From a plasmid, in sequence record CP128686.1: a stretch of DNA of 64,000 bases; one strand, given 5' to 3'. The position numbers and the translations under genes were made by a program. The number at the start of each line of letters is the position of its first letter. Position 1 is the first letter of the stretch. The notes beneath the pieces are model-generated. The model did no database searches, was not told the origin of the DNA, and worked only from the letters and a program-made list of their open reading frames with translations. Below are positions 10,862-20,645 of this stretch, piece after piece.

Positions 10862-11725
10862 TTGATGGAAATTTCAACACAAAAACTGTCTGACGGCATC
10901 GTTCTGACGCTTCGCTCTCCCTCCGACAGTACAAAAAGCCCGGTGATCATTTTGTGCCATGGCTTCTGTGGTATCAGAGAAATTCTGCTACCTGATTTTG
11001 CTGAAGCATTTACCCGCGCCGGATTTTCCACCATCACGTTTGATTATCGTGGTTTCGGGGACAGTGACGGCGAACGCGGCCGCTTGGTTCCTGCTATGCA
11101 AATTGACGATATTATCTCTGTTGTTAACTGGGCAAGAGAACAGCCCTCCCTTGATGCGCAGCGTATTGGCCTGTGGGGAACATCATTTGGGGGATGCCAC
11201 GTATTTGGTGCGGCGGTCAGAGACCCGGGAATCAAATGTATTGTCAGCCAGCTGGCTTTTGCAGACGGTGAAGAGATAGTCACCGGGAATATGAATAATG
11301 AAGAGAAAGAAGCTTTTCTTTCAACCCTGGACAAGATGGCTGAAAAGCAGAAGAACACAGGTAAAGAAATGTTCGTGGGTGTCAACCGGGTACTGAGCGA
11401 TGCAGAATCAAAATCATTTTTCGAAGAAAACAGAACGCAGTACCCAAAGATGGACATTAAAATACCGTTTCTTACGGTGCGCGAAACTCTTCTGTACAAA
11501 CCCGCATTGAATGCCTCACAGGTGATGTGCCCGACCCTGATCGTTATTGCTGGTCAGGATACGGTTAATCCACCGGAGCAGGGACGGGCCTTATTTGACG
11601 CGGTGGGGGCCAAAGAAAAAAGGCTATATGAGGAAAGCAGTGCCCGCCATTACGACATTTATGCAGGAGAGCACTTTAAGCAGGTTATCAGCATTCAGAC
11701 AGAATGGTTTAAAACGCACCTGTAA
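10862..11725 (+). CDS. Alpha/beta-fold hydrolase of the dienelactone hydrolase/BAAT type
   Basis: HGFCG and GxSxG-like (WGTSFGG) nucleophile-elbow motifs. Confidence 0.6.
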   Translation: MMEISTQKLSDGIVLTLRSPSDSTKSPVIILCHGFCGIREILLPDFAEAFTRAGFSTITFDYRGFGDSDGERGRLVPAMQIDDIISVVNWAREQPSLDAQRIGLWGTSFGGCHVFGAAVRDPGIKCIVSQLAFADGEEIVTGNMNNEEKEAFLSTLDKMAEKQKNTGKEMFVGVNRVLSDAESKSFFEENRTQYPKMDIKIPFLTVRETLLYKPALNASQVMCPTLIVIAGQDTVNPPEQGRALFDAVGAKEKRLYEESSARHYDIYAGEHFKQVISIQTEWFKTHL

Positions 11726-11769
11726 TTTTAGATAACGACTTACGGTGGGTTCAACAGAGCCCGCCGTTA

Positions 11770-12050
11770 TGATAGACGTCAAATGTCGCATTTTGTAGCT
11801 TCGCTTCCGCTGGGCCCCATAGGATCTGCCGGATCGTAGAGGCTGGCTCCCAGCGCCAGCTTCACGCCTCTGGACTGTAGTGCATCCGCTATCTCTCGTG
11901 CGTCAGGAACTGACCGCGCCAGCCGGTCAAGCTTGGGAACAGAACAACCAGCGTATCACCGCTGCGCACAGCGGCCAGCGCCTGATCAAGTCCGGGCCGT
12001 TGCCGGTTTGAGCCGGTCAGCCCTTTATCGAGGTAAATCCGGTCCGAAGA
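11770..12050 (-). pseudogene. Serine recombinase (resolvase) internal fragment with a frameshift (..RIYLDKGLTGSNRQRPGLDQALAAV..KLDRLARSV..GVKLALG..). It is fused to the truncated IS903-like end.
   Basis: Reverse-complement translation in two frames. Confidence 0.5.
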
Positions 12051-13032
12051 TCTGGCATGCCTGTATTTGTCATTTTATTCAGCGCACGCACCATGGCCAA
12101 AGCCTCTGCAGCCTGACCATCGTAATCACGCTACGCCAGCGAACCATCGAACAACTGCTTTACCCTGTACATCGGCGTTTCAGCTATCGACTGACGGTTG
12201 TAATCTGTTGTCCATTTCCACCGTGCATTGCTCCCGCTCAGTCGCTGATTCGCAACAGCACGATTGCGCTCTGCATACTCACCAGGCAAGAATCCCGCTC
12301 CCTTTCGGGGAGGAATGAGCGCGCTGATTTTCTTGCGAGGCAGTTCGTCATGACATCGCTGCGTATCGTAAGCGCCGTCCGCAGCAACTGACCTGATTTT
12401 TCGGTGGGTCTGCCGGATAAGCCCCGGGGATGCTTCAGCATCCGTGACGTTGTTCAGTGACAGGTCCGCGCAGATGATTTCATGCCTACTCGCGTCAACA
12501 GTCAGATGCAGTTTCCGCCAGATACGACTGCGATCTTTGCCGTGCTTTTTGACTTTCCACTCACCTTCACCGAAGACTTTAAGCCCTGTGGAATCAATCA
12601 CCAGATGCGAAATTTCACCCCGGGTGGGCGTTTTGAAACTGACGTTAACCGACTTTGCCCGCTTGCTGACACTGGTGTAATCCGGACAGCGCAGCGGGAC
12701 ATCCATCAGGGCGAAAATGGAATCAATAAAGCCCTGAGCGGCTCGCAGGGTCAGCCGGAATACGCGTTTAATCACCAGGATGGTTGTGATGGCAAGATCT
12801 GAATAGCGCTGAGGTCGTCCCCGCGATGCAGGCGTTGCTGACTCATACCAGGCCTGAATCGCCTCATCATCAAGCCAGAAAGTGATGGAGCCACGATTAA
12901 TCAGGGCCTTGTTGTAGTTGCGCCAGTTGGTGATTTTGAACTTTTGCTTTGCCACGGAACTGCCAGTATAGTCAGGATAATGCGTGATCTGATCCTTCAA
13001 CTCACCAAAATTTCGATTTATTCAACAAAGCC
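12046..13032 (-). mobile_element. IS5-family (IS903-group) element diverged from IS903B. The 19-bp IRL is intact at 13014-13032. The IRR end is deleted, and the tnp gene carries a C-terminal frameshift.
   Basis: IRL GGCTTTGTTGAATAAATCG as reverse complement at 13014-13032; transposase 12131-13000; C-terminal ..MVRALNKMT.. in another frame. Confidence 0.7.
12131..13000 (-). CDS. IS903-group transposase, frameshifted at the C-terminus
   Basis: About 85% resemblance to the two intact IS903B transposases in this window. Confidence 0.7.
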   Translation of the reverse strand: MKDQITHYPDYTGSSVAKQKFKITNWRNYNKALINRGSITFWLDDEAIQAWYESATPASRGRPQRYSDLAITTILVIKRVFRLTLRAAQGFIDSIFALMDVPLRCPDYTSVSKRAKSVNVSFKTPTRGEISHLVIDSTGLKVFGEGEWKVKKHGKDRSRIWRKLHLTVDASRHEIICADLSLNNVTDAEASPGLIRQTHRKIRSVAADGAYDTQRCHDELPRKKISALIPPRKGAGFLPGEYAERNRAVANQRLSGSNARWKWTTDYNRQSIAETPMYRVKQLFDGSLA

Positions 13033-13456
13033 GTCTATTACTGGAAATCAATCATGGCGTGCCTGCACTACATCTGAATGTGTCGGGTGGGGATACGCTT
13101 CTCCACGTACATGCTGCACAAGGTGGACTTGTCCTGACACCAGACAGTTCCGGGGTACGGTTTCAGCGTGCTGGATGCGACAGGTATGCTTACAGAGATC
13201 AGAACTCATTACTTGTGAAGGAACAGTAATATACTGCCCTCCGCCAATCCAGAGTATGGGGTTACCGCATCAGATTTTACTGAGCACACAATCACGAAAA
13301 AGTTACTTTTTTCTCAGGAGGTGCCTGGACCCCTGCCCTTCATTTTGACGCGAGAAGGATGTTAGCACCTCACGTGCAGTTACTGTTATTCGCGTCCTGG
13401 TGGTATAGTGCAGCGGCTGGCAGAAGTAACCTACTATCCAACGGAATAAGATCACG

Positions 13457-14104
13457 ATGAACGTCATTCAGCCCCGCATGCTTTCTGTATTTGATTTTGA
13501 CGGTACGTTAACGCGGCATGATAGCTTTATCCCTTTTCTGCGGTTTGCCTTTGGCAATCGGGCGTTTTCGCGACGTATCGTCAGCATGGCTCTACCCACG
13601 TTACGCTGTATGGGTAAGCAGATGACGCGTGATGAGCTAAAAGAAACGCTCATTACAACTTTTCTTACTGGTGTTGAGGAAAAGTGGGTGTCTTCTAAAG
13701 CAGAGGAATTCTGTCAGCTCTACTGGCATCGCCTCATGCGCCCGGCAGGTTTGATTGCTGTGGCGAATGAAGTCACTTCCGGCGCGATCGTCACCTTATG
13801 TTCTGCGTCGCCGGAAATTGTACTCAGACCCTTTGCCGAAAAACTTAGGATCAAACTGATTGGTACACAATTAGAGACAAAAGACGGCATTCTGACTGGC
13901 AGAATCAGTGGTCATAATTGCAGGTGCTCACAGAAAATTATCCGGCTTGAAAAAGAATATGGACCTCTGACTGACTATCATCTTCGGGCATGGGGTGATA
14001 CGCGGGGTGATTATGAACTCCTTTCCGCAGCGACTGAGCCTCACTGGCGTCACTTCCATCAAGGTTTCCGTCGTAAACTTCCGTCGAAGCTAATCATCAG
14101 ATAA
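13457..14104 (+). CDS. HAD-superfamily hydrolase (HAD-IB-like, DxDGT motif)
   Basis: FDFDGTLT motif near the N-terminus. Confidence 0.55.
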   Translation: MNVIQPRMLSVFDFDGTLTRHDSFIPFLRFAFGNRAFSRRIVSMALPTLRCMGKQMTRDELKETLITTFLTGVEEKWVSSKAEEFCQLYWHRLMRPAGLIAVANEVTSGAIVTLCSASPEIVLRPFAEKLRIKLIGTQLETKDGILTGRISGHNCRCSQKIIRLEKEYGPLTDYHLRAWGDTRGDYELLSAATEPHWRHFHQGFRRKLPSKLIIR

Positions 14105-14440
14105 AAATTGCCCTTTATCGTTCTGTAATTTCTTCTTTACATAAAGGCAACATATATTCTACATTTAACCACTGTAACTGGTCAAAAAAAGAGTGCATCC
14201 TGGTAAATCGGTAGCTCGGACTATTAGGTATGCTTCAACCTGTTACCATTGGAATACCTACTTTCAGCCCGCTTTTCCGAGCGGGTTTTTTTCATCCCTG
14301 CCGATGTGTTCCTGGGTATAAATTACTGGGTGAAGTTGGGTTTCAGCGATCACATCTGCATATAGCCCTGTTTAGCTCTGCGTACTTTGAAAAGGTGTCG
14401 TCATGGCAGCAGGCCTATCGCCCCTTACCGGGGCGATGGG

Positions 14441-15682
14441 TCAGATAATGCCTTCCTTTTTTGCCAGTCCAAGCCAGTCTTTGAACTCTTCGAGAAGTTT
14501 TTCATACAACTCTTCGTCCTTTATGTGGGCAAAATTATCGATCGCAAAAAAGTTGCTGTTGTCTACGCGACGGTCGCTAAAGGTGTCCAGCCTCTCCAGA
14601 ATCCCATAATTTGATCCGCCCAGTCCCACGAACTTCCAGAAGACAGGATAGTTGGCTGAGCGGCGGATGGCCTCTTTAATTTCTCGTGTTTTGCTGATCC
14701 CGCCATCTGTAATGCACACGACAAAAACGGGTAGGGTGCTGTCCTTGAAATAATCGATAACCTCATTCATGACTGGCGGCTCATTGTTCGTCCCGCCAAG
14801 GCCGGGAAGGATTTCCCAGGCAGATCGTTTACCCGTGTTCTGAATTGCAGCAATGTATCCGTCAAGGTTGTCCAGTGTGACGTCAGGGTATTTCTTGTGA
14901 CGCTCAGCAAAGCCCCATACATCCATCGTGCCGTCATCATCGAACTGGACAGACAGGACAGCTATACGGTCAAGAACGGCCTGTACATGCCCTTTTTTAA
15001 ACTGGCCGGTCATTGAGCCTGAGGCATCGAGAACAAAAGCGACTCGTGCTTCAACGGTATCCAGTTTGTGTTTTGCCAGTGAAATACTGGCTTTCTTAGC
15101 CAGGCTGATAAGCGCAGGCGCTTTACCTTCGAGTTTCTTTTCAAGGCTGATCCTGGCTGGTTGCGGTACAACTTCTGCTGCAGGTTCCACGTCCACACCA
15201 TAGCTAACTGCCAGTGGCTCAAGCCCGCCATTAAATCCCTGCCCAAGCGCCCTGAGCTTCCAGTTGCCCTGGTATCGGTAAACTTCCCCCATAATTACTG
15301 CCTTTTCTGTGCGGCCATTGAGATCGACAAAAAAGGTGGCCTGACTTTCAGCAGAAAGTTTCAGTTGCGCGAGGCCGCTTATCGTATCACTGCCATCTAT
15401 CACCATAGAGATTGCAATCTTCTGAATCGTATCCGGGATCTGGTCAAGCGCAAAATGAACGACTGCGTACTGGTGACCGGGGTTGAGCTTCACACTGCCA
15501 CCGGCGGCACTGAGATTGTTGTAAAAGATAAAATCGGCATCGCCTGTCACTTTTCCCTCAGCATTCAGCATAAACAGGCAAGTCTCAGGGGTACTGTGAA
15601 ATCCAGGACTGGGGGGATAATCAAGCCGGAGAGTCAGTGTAGCTGTGTGAAGCGGAATGTTCTGTCCTGATTGTAATTGCAT
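14441..15682 (-). CDS. terF: TerF: N-terminal TerD domain plus C-terminal vWA domain
   Basis: TerD-like N-terminus, vWA motif VLDASGSM, 413 aa, position after terE. Confidence 0.8.
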   Translation of the reverse strand: MQLQSGQNIPLHTATLTLRLDYPPSPGFHSTPETCLFMLNAEGKVTGDADFIFYNNLSAAGGSVKLNPGHQYAVVHFALDQIPDTIQKIAISMVIDGSDTISGLAQLKLSAESQATFFVDLNGRTEKAVIMGEVYRYQGNWKLRALGQGFNGGLEPLAVSYGVDVEPAAEVVPQPARISLEKKLEGKAPALISLAKKASISLAKHKLDTVEARVAFVLDASGSMTGQFKKGHVQAVLDRIAVLSVQFDDDGTMDVWGFAERHKKYPDVTLDNLDGYIAAIQNTGKRSAWEILPGLGGTNNEPPVMNEVIDYFKDSTLPVFVVCITDGGISKTREIKEAIRRSANYPVFWKFVGLGGSNYGILERLDTFSDRRVDNSNFFAIDNFAHIKDEELYEKLLEEFKDWLGLAKKEGII

Positions 15683-15766
15683 TTAGGCTCCTTGTTGCCG
15701 GGTAAAGGGATCACTCAGCGGGTAGAAAAAACCCCGGACAGGCCGGGGTTTGGTTTTACTGGTTTA

Positions 15767-16342
15767 TCAGATGTTGATGCCGTGCTGGGTTGCCAGCGCA
15801 GCCAGGCCACCAGCAAAGCCCTGTCCTACAGCCTTAAACTTCCATTCCGCGCCATGGCGATACAGTTCACCGAAAATCATTGCGGTTTCAGTTGAGGCAT
15901 CTTCTGACAGGTCAAAGCGTGCAATCTCGGAGCCATTATCGTTGTTCACCACACGCATAAAGCTGTTACTGACCATGCCGAAATTTTGCTTACGGCTGTC
16001 TGCTTCATGAATGGTGACTGCGAATACGAGCTTCTTAACGTCTGCGGCCACTTTTGTCAGATCAATTTTGACCTGCTCATCGTCACCGTCGCCTTCACCG
16101 GTACGGTTATCACCCTGATGCTGTACTGCGCCATCCGGGCTGGTGGTGTTGTTATAAAATACGAAATGCGAATCGGACAGCACTTTACCGTTTTCGCCAA
16201 CAAGGAATACTGATGCATCCAGATCAAATGCCTGACCATCAGTAACGCGTGCATCCCAGCCCAGGCCAACCAAAGCAACATTCATGCTCGGGGCTTCTTT
16301 AGTCAGAGAAACATTACCGCCTTTAACGAGAGAAACAGCCAT
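15767..16342 (-). CDS. terE: Tellurium-resistance protein TerE (TerD family)
   Basis: 191-aa TerD-family protein, [13 protein letters not shown] Ca-binding motif, gene order. Confidence 0.85.
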   Translation of the reverse strand: MAVSLVKGGNVSLTKEAPSMNVALVGLGWDARVTDGQAFDLDASVFLVGENGKVLSDSHFVFYNNTTSPDGAVQHQGDNRTGEGDGDDEQVKIDLTKVAADVKKLVFAVTIHEADSRKQNFGMVSNSFMRVVNNDNGSEIARFDLSEDASTETAMIFGELYRHGAEWKFKAVGQGFAGGLAALATQHGINI

Positions 16343-16363
16343 TTTTTGCTCCTGCTAATCGTA

Positions 16364-16405
16364 GATATCGGGTCGTGGATATCGGGTCGTGGATATCGGG
16401 GGCAT
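16364..16405. repeat. Short tandem direct repeat (ATCGGGTCGTGGAT x about 2.5) in the terE-terD intergenic region
   Basis: Seen in the sequence. Confidence 0.5.
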
Positions 16406-16442
16406 CACCCCCGAATGATTTGGGTAAGAAAGTTACTTTTTA

Positions 16443-17021
16443 TCAGGACGCGTTGATGCCGTACTGAGCGCACACGGAAGCCAGTCCACCAGCATAACCC
16501 TGGCCAACCGCACGGAATTTCCATTCTCCGTTGTGACGATACAGCTCCCCAAACAGCATGGCAGTTTCAGTAGAAGCGTCTTCTGTCAGATCGTAGCGAG
16601 CAACTTCAGTCTGATTGTCATCATTCACCAGACGGATAAATGCGCCGGAAACCTGACCGAAGCTCTGGCGACGAGCCTGAGCATCATGGATAGTGACAAC
16701 GAAAATAATTTTGTCGACATCCCCAGGTACCGCGTCCAGTTTGATTTTGAGGGATTCATCGTCGCCATCACCTTCACCGGTACGGTTATCACCGGTATGA
16801 GTAACGGAACCATCAGCAGATTTCAGGTTGTTATAGAAAATGAAATCTGCATCGCCACGAACCTTGCCATTGGCTGCCAGCAGAAATGCGGAAGCATCGA
16901 GGTCAAAGTCCTGACCGTCCGTAGAACGTGCATCCCAGCCAAGGCCAACCAGCACGTTTTTCATGCTTGGCGCGGTTTTGCTCAGGGAAACGTTGCCGCC
17001 TTTAGATAGTGAAACGCTCAT
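16443..17021 (-). CDS. terD: Tellurium-resistance protein TerD
   Basis: 192-aa TerD-family protein with [13 protein letters not shown]; gene order. Confidence 0.85.
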   Translation of the reverse strand: MSVSLSKGGNVSLSKTAPSMKNVLVGLGWDARSTDGQDFDLDASAFLLAANGKVRGDADFIFYNNLKSADGSVTHTGDNRTGEGDGDDESLKIKLDAVPGDVDKIIFVVTIHDAQARRQSFGQVSGAFIRLVNDDNQTEVARYDLTEDASTETAMLFGELYRHNGEWKFRAVGQGYAGGLASVCAQYGINAS

Positions 17022-17059
17022 CTATTTATCCTCTTTCGTTAATCATTAATCAGCTGAGA

Positions 17060-18100
17060 TCAGCTTTCTTTATTTTCAGCTTCCGGCTTTTCCGGAAAGA
17101 TGACACTGGCCAGAATACCAAGAGCCAGTACACCCAGTACGACATACAGACTGGTGGTCGCAGACAGGCTGTAACCATGGTGCCAGATGTGATCGGTAGC
17201 GTTCAGACCCAGCTTAAACGCAATGAAGAACAGCAGGACGATAACAGCTTTCTCCAGCTGGGACAGATACTGTTTCAGGGCTTCCAGTACAAAATACAGA
17301 GTACGCAGGCCCAGTATTGCGAACATCATGGCGCTATAGACAATCAGAGGTTCACGACTGACTGCAATAATTGCCGGGACAGAGTCGAAGGCAAACATTA
17401 CGTCAGAGAGTTCCACTACAGCCACACATAACATCAATGGGGTGGCGTAAAGCGCTGCCTTTTTCAGTCGCCCTACAGATACGTCTTTGTTTTCTGGCTT
17501 AGCCAGTTCGGCATCCACTTCTTTTTGTGTCAGCAGGAATGCATGTCCGGACAGTTTCGGCCAAATCGGGAAGAAGCGTTTAACCAGGCGATAAGCAAGG
17601 TGCTGAGAATAATCCTCAATTTCGTCATCATCCCCACCGCCTTTGAGCATCATGACCGCAGTCCAGGCAACAACAACGGCAAAGATCAGCTCGACATAAG
17701 GGCCAAGGCTAAGCAGACCGGTACCGATCGCAACGAAAATCCCCCGGAAGACGATAGCGCCAATGATCCCCCAGTACAGAACCCGGTGACGGTAACGGTC
17801 CGGAACTGAGAACCATGAGAAAATCGCCATCATGACAAACAGGTTATCAACTGACAGCACCTTCTCAAGGGCATAACCAGTGACAAACAGGCTGGCAACC
17901 TCGGCTCCGTGATGCACAAAAAGGAAACCGGCAAATGCCATCGCGACAACAACCCAGAAAACGGACCATAAGGCTGCGCTTTTGAGGGAAATTGGCTTGT
18001 CATGTCGGTGCATGAACAGGTCAATAAAGATGGCGCCGACCGACAGAGCAACAAAGACCGTCACTGTTTCAGCCGGAAAACCGATGTGAGTGGAAACCAT
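17060..18100 (-). CDS. terC: Integral membrane protein TerC
   Basis: 346 aa, multi-TM, TerC family; gene order. Confidence 0.85.
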   Translation of the reverse strand: MVSTHIGFPAETVTVFVALSVGAIFIDLFMHRHDKPISLKSAALWSVFWVVVAMAFAGFLFVHHGAEVASLFVTGYALEKVLSVDNLFVMMAIFSWFSVPDRYRHRVLYWGIIGAIVFRGIFVAIGTGLLSLGPYVELIFAVVVAWTAVMMLKGGGDDDEIEDYSQHLAYRLVKRFFPIWPKLSGHAFLLTQKEVDAELAKPENKDVSVGRLKKAALYATPLMLCVAVVELSDVMFAFDSVPAIIAVSREPLIVYSAMMFAILGLRTLYFVLEALKQYLSQLEKAVIVLLFFIAFKLGLNATDHIWHHGYSLSATTSLYVVLGVLALGILASVIFPEKPEAENKES

Positions 18101-18123
18101 ATCGTACCTTTATCCGTTGTTTA

Positions 18124-18579
18124 TCAGAGGCCAAATTCAGCCGGGTCGAAACCCAGCGAACGGGCAATTTCACGGACAGCACTCTTCTCATCATCATCGA
18201 AGTTGCCATCACTTTTAGCGACAGCAATACCGACACGAAGAGCCAGTTGAGCTGCCTCTGGCTGGTCTTTCAGGGCGAGGATATATTTCATCGTTTCGCC
18301 TTTTCCGATTTCCAGATCAAAGTCGAAACTGGTCACCAGCTTGTTAAAAAATTCGATAACTTCTGCTGTATCGAAGACTTTCAGCTCTTCTGAGGATCGC
18401 AGAAATCCAATCATCTTCTGTTTTTCTTCGGAGCTAACGCCGTCACTGGCAACAGCGATACGGGCGCATACCGCGACGGTACCCTGCATAAATTTCTTGT
18501 TTTTGTAACGGCCTACCTGGCGGGTCAATTCCTCACGACCCGAGGTCAAAGCCCCTTTTACTTTGTCGAAAAAACTCAT
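18124..18579 (-). CDS. terB: Tellurite-resistance protein TerB of 151 aa, starting at the internal Met MSFFDKVK with a GAGGG RBS
   Basis: TerB-domain sequence; RBS 8 nt upstream of the internal start. Confidence 0.8.
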   Translation of the reverse strand: MSFFDKVKGALTSGREELTRQVGRYKNKKFMQGTVAVCARIAVASDGVSSEEKQKMIGFLRSSEELKVFDTAEVIEFFNKLVTSFDFDLEIGKGETMKYILALKDQPEAAQLALRVGIAVAKSDGNFDDDEKSAVREIARSLGFDPAEFGL

Positions 18580-18601
18580 TCTCATACCCTCATCATTGCG
18601 T

Positions 18602-19753
18602 TTATTTGGAACCTCTGGACCAGCGAAACCCCCAGCCAAAAGCGCGGTCCATTTCCTCCTGGCCTCTGAAGTACTGGTTAATACGTTCCACACGAATGGA
18701 ACCGTTCTCGTTGACCAGACGGGCAATCGCACACAGCGTGCGTTTGTTATCACCTTCAGTCAGACGCGATTCAATCGGTGGTTGCTCAGGAACATGTAAT
18801 GTCACCACGCCATCGGTTTTGTCCCAGCTAGGCACGCCCTGATAGATAAAGGCATATATCAGTACCTGGCGAATTTCTTTCCATTCGCGGCCATTGATGT
18901 GTAGCCATTCCCCATCCAGAGCCTCGCCGGTACGATCATCACCCTGCAGTTGAACATATGGCTCAGAGTGATAGTTACCAAAAGCATTACCGAGTGCCTG
19001 AACAACTGACTTATAGCCATCTGCGAGCTCAACGAATGCACCGAGATCCAGGTCTATCGCTTTGTTCGAACCAAACATACCGCCCAGTAACCCGCCTGAA
19101 CCCGAGCCACGATGCCAGTTCAGATTGATGCGGATTTCACCAAAATTGTCTTTTTTGGCAAGGCTGATGGCAGGCTTCTCTTTGGTCAGAGAAACTTTAC
19201 TCAGGCTAACTTTAGGCGGAGCCGGAGGTGCTGGTGGCGGAGTGACTGGAGCTGGCTCATCCGCGACGTTGACGCCATAGTACTCAGCGAGAGGTTTCAG
19301 GCCGCCATTGAAGCCCTGGGCGATAAAACGAAATTTCCAGTCACCATTCCTGCGATAGACTTCACCGAGGATCAGAGCGGCTTCCTGACGGCCACTCAGT
19401 TCTACCTGACCACTGATCAGCGAGGTATTGCCACTTTCAATTTGTATGGACAGATGATTCAGGGAGGAAACGGTATGACTGCCGTCACAGGTAACGGTGA
19501 AGGCGACTTTCTGCACGTCGGGCTTGAGGCGGGACAGATCAACGGTGAAAACGCTATTGGTCCCTTCAGCACTGAAGCTAATGGAACCATCTTCATTACG
19601 GGGTTGCCCGTAAAAGACCATATCGCTGTCACCCCGAACTTTCCCGTCAGCGAATAATCGAAACGCCGAAGCGTCAACAGGACCACCAGAAATGACCCTC
19701 ACGCGGAGATCCTGAGCTATTAAAGGGGCATTGCCCCCCGGTGTCAGATTCAT
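18602..19753 (-). CDS. terA: TerA, a TerD-domain protein of 383 aa
   Basis: TerD-like domain, length, gene order; ATGA overlap with terZ. Confidence 0.8.
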   Translation of the reverse strand: MNLTPGGNAPLIAQDLRVRVISGGPVDASAFRLFADGKVRGDSDMVFYGQPRNEDGSISFSAEGTNSVFTVDLSRLKPDVQKVAFTVTCDGSHTVSSLNHLSIQIESGNTSLISGQVELSGRQEAALILGEVYRRNGDWKFRFIAQGFNGGLKPLAEYYGVNVADEPAPVTPPPAPPAPPKVSLSKVSLTKEKPAISLAKKDNFGEIRINLNWHRGSGSGGLLGGMFGSNKAIDLDLGAFVELADGYKSVVQALGNAFGNYHSEPYVQLQGDDRTGEALDGEWLHINGREWKEIRQVLIYAFIYQGVPSWDKTDGVVTLHVPEQPPIESRLTEGDNKRTLCAIARLVNENGSIRVERINQYFRGQEEMDRAFGWGFRWSRGSK

Positions 19754-20334
19754 GCTTTTACCACCGTACTTACGATATCGAATTGCATATCGTCGATTGT
19801 GCGGCCACCGCTTGCTTTACCGTGGGCGGTAAAATCCCAGTTTCCGTTGTTGCGGCGCAGGGAAGCGATGATGATACCCGTATGAGCACCTTGTTCCGTA
19901 AGCTGATAACGGGCCAGTTCTTTATTGGTCTGATCCACGACGCGACAGAAGGCGTTATCGACATCGTTGAAGGACTGCCCACGAAAGCTGTTCACGGTAA
20001 AGGCGAGGTATTCAACATTTGCCGGCAATTTTGTGAGATCGACGCGAATGATTTCATCATCTCCATCCCCCTCACCCGTCAGGTTATCGCCGGAGTGGAC
20101 GACAGACCCACAGCTGGATTTCAGTTTACGAAACCAGATGGTGTCAATTTTATTACCTGCGGCATCCAGAAGAACGCAACCTGCATCCAGGTCTATGGAA
20201 TCATTGCCACCAAAAATGCTGCCAAATAATCCCTTTTTCTTAACAGGATCCCAACCCAGTCCGAACTGAAGCTGGCTGAGAGCAGTGGATTGTTTGCTGA
20301 GTGATACTGTCTGGTTTTTACTTAAAGAAACCAT
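19750..20334 (-). CDS. terZ: TerZ, a TerD-family protein
   Basis: TerD-family protein with [13 protein letters not shown]; AAGGA RBS before the MVSLSK start. Confidence 0.8.
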   Translation of the reverse strand: MVSLSKNQTVSLSKQSTALSQLQFGLGWDPVKKKGLFGSIFGGNDSIDLDAGCVLLDAAGNKIDTIWFRKLKSSCGSVVHSGDNLTGEGDGDDEIIRVDLTKLPANVEYLAFTVNSFRGQSFNDVDNAFCRVVDQTNKELARYQLTEQGAHTGIIIASLRRNNGNWDFTAHGKASGGRTIDDMQFDIVSTVVKA

Positions 20335-20645
20335 ATTCATTCCTTAAAAGGTATTGACCGGGTTTTTATAAAATTCATTTTCAAACAGAATGCATCTAAA
20401 TCATATCATGACAAAGTTCACCCGCAAGGTAAAAACTGGTGGGTTTCTGGAATTTACGTTTCATTACATTGGATGGGTAGGTGGTGGTTTGATGTATGTT
20501 ATTGTTATTAAGTGGTTTTTGTGGTCTGGCCGGAAAGTCAAAAACAGCGAGTGATTATCATATTATGATTGACATGGCGCAGGTCAGTTCTTAGACTCAT
20601 GTATTAGAAAAATCTCATCCCCTTTTCAGGCGACAATTATAAAAA

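Noticed and set aside
11933-12391. 152-aa plus-strand ORF
   Set aside because: It overlaps the minus-strand resolvase remnant and the IS903-like transposase. It is an antisense artefact.
14928-20269. Numerous antisense ORFs overlapping terF, terE, terD, terC, terA and terZ (for example 15161-15670, 16533-17009, 19112-19657, 19741-20229)
   Set aside because: They are entirely embedded opposite strongly supported ter genes, so they are treated as spurious.
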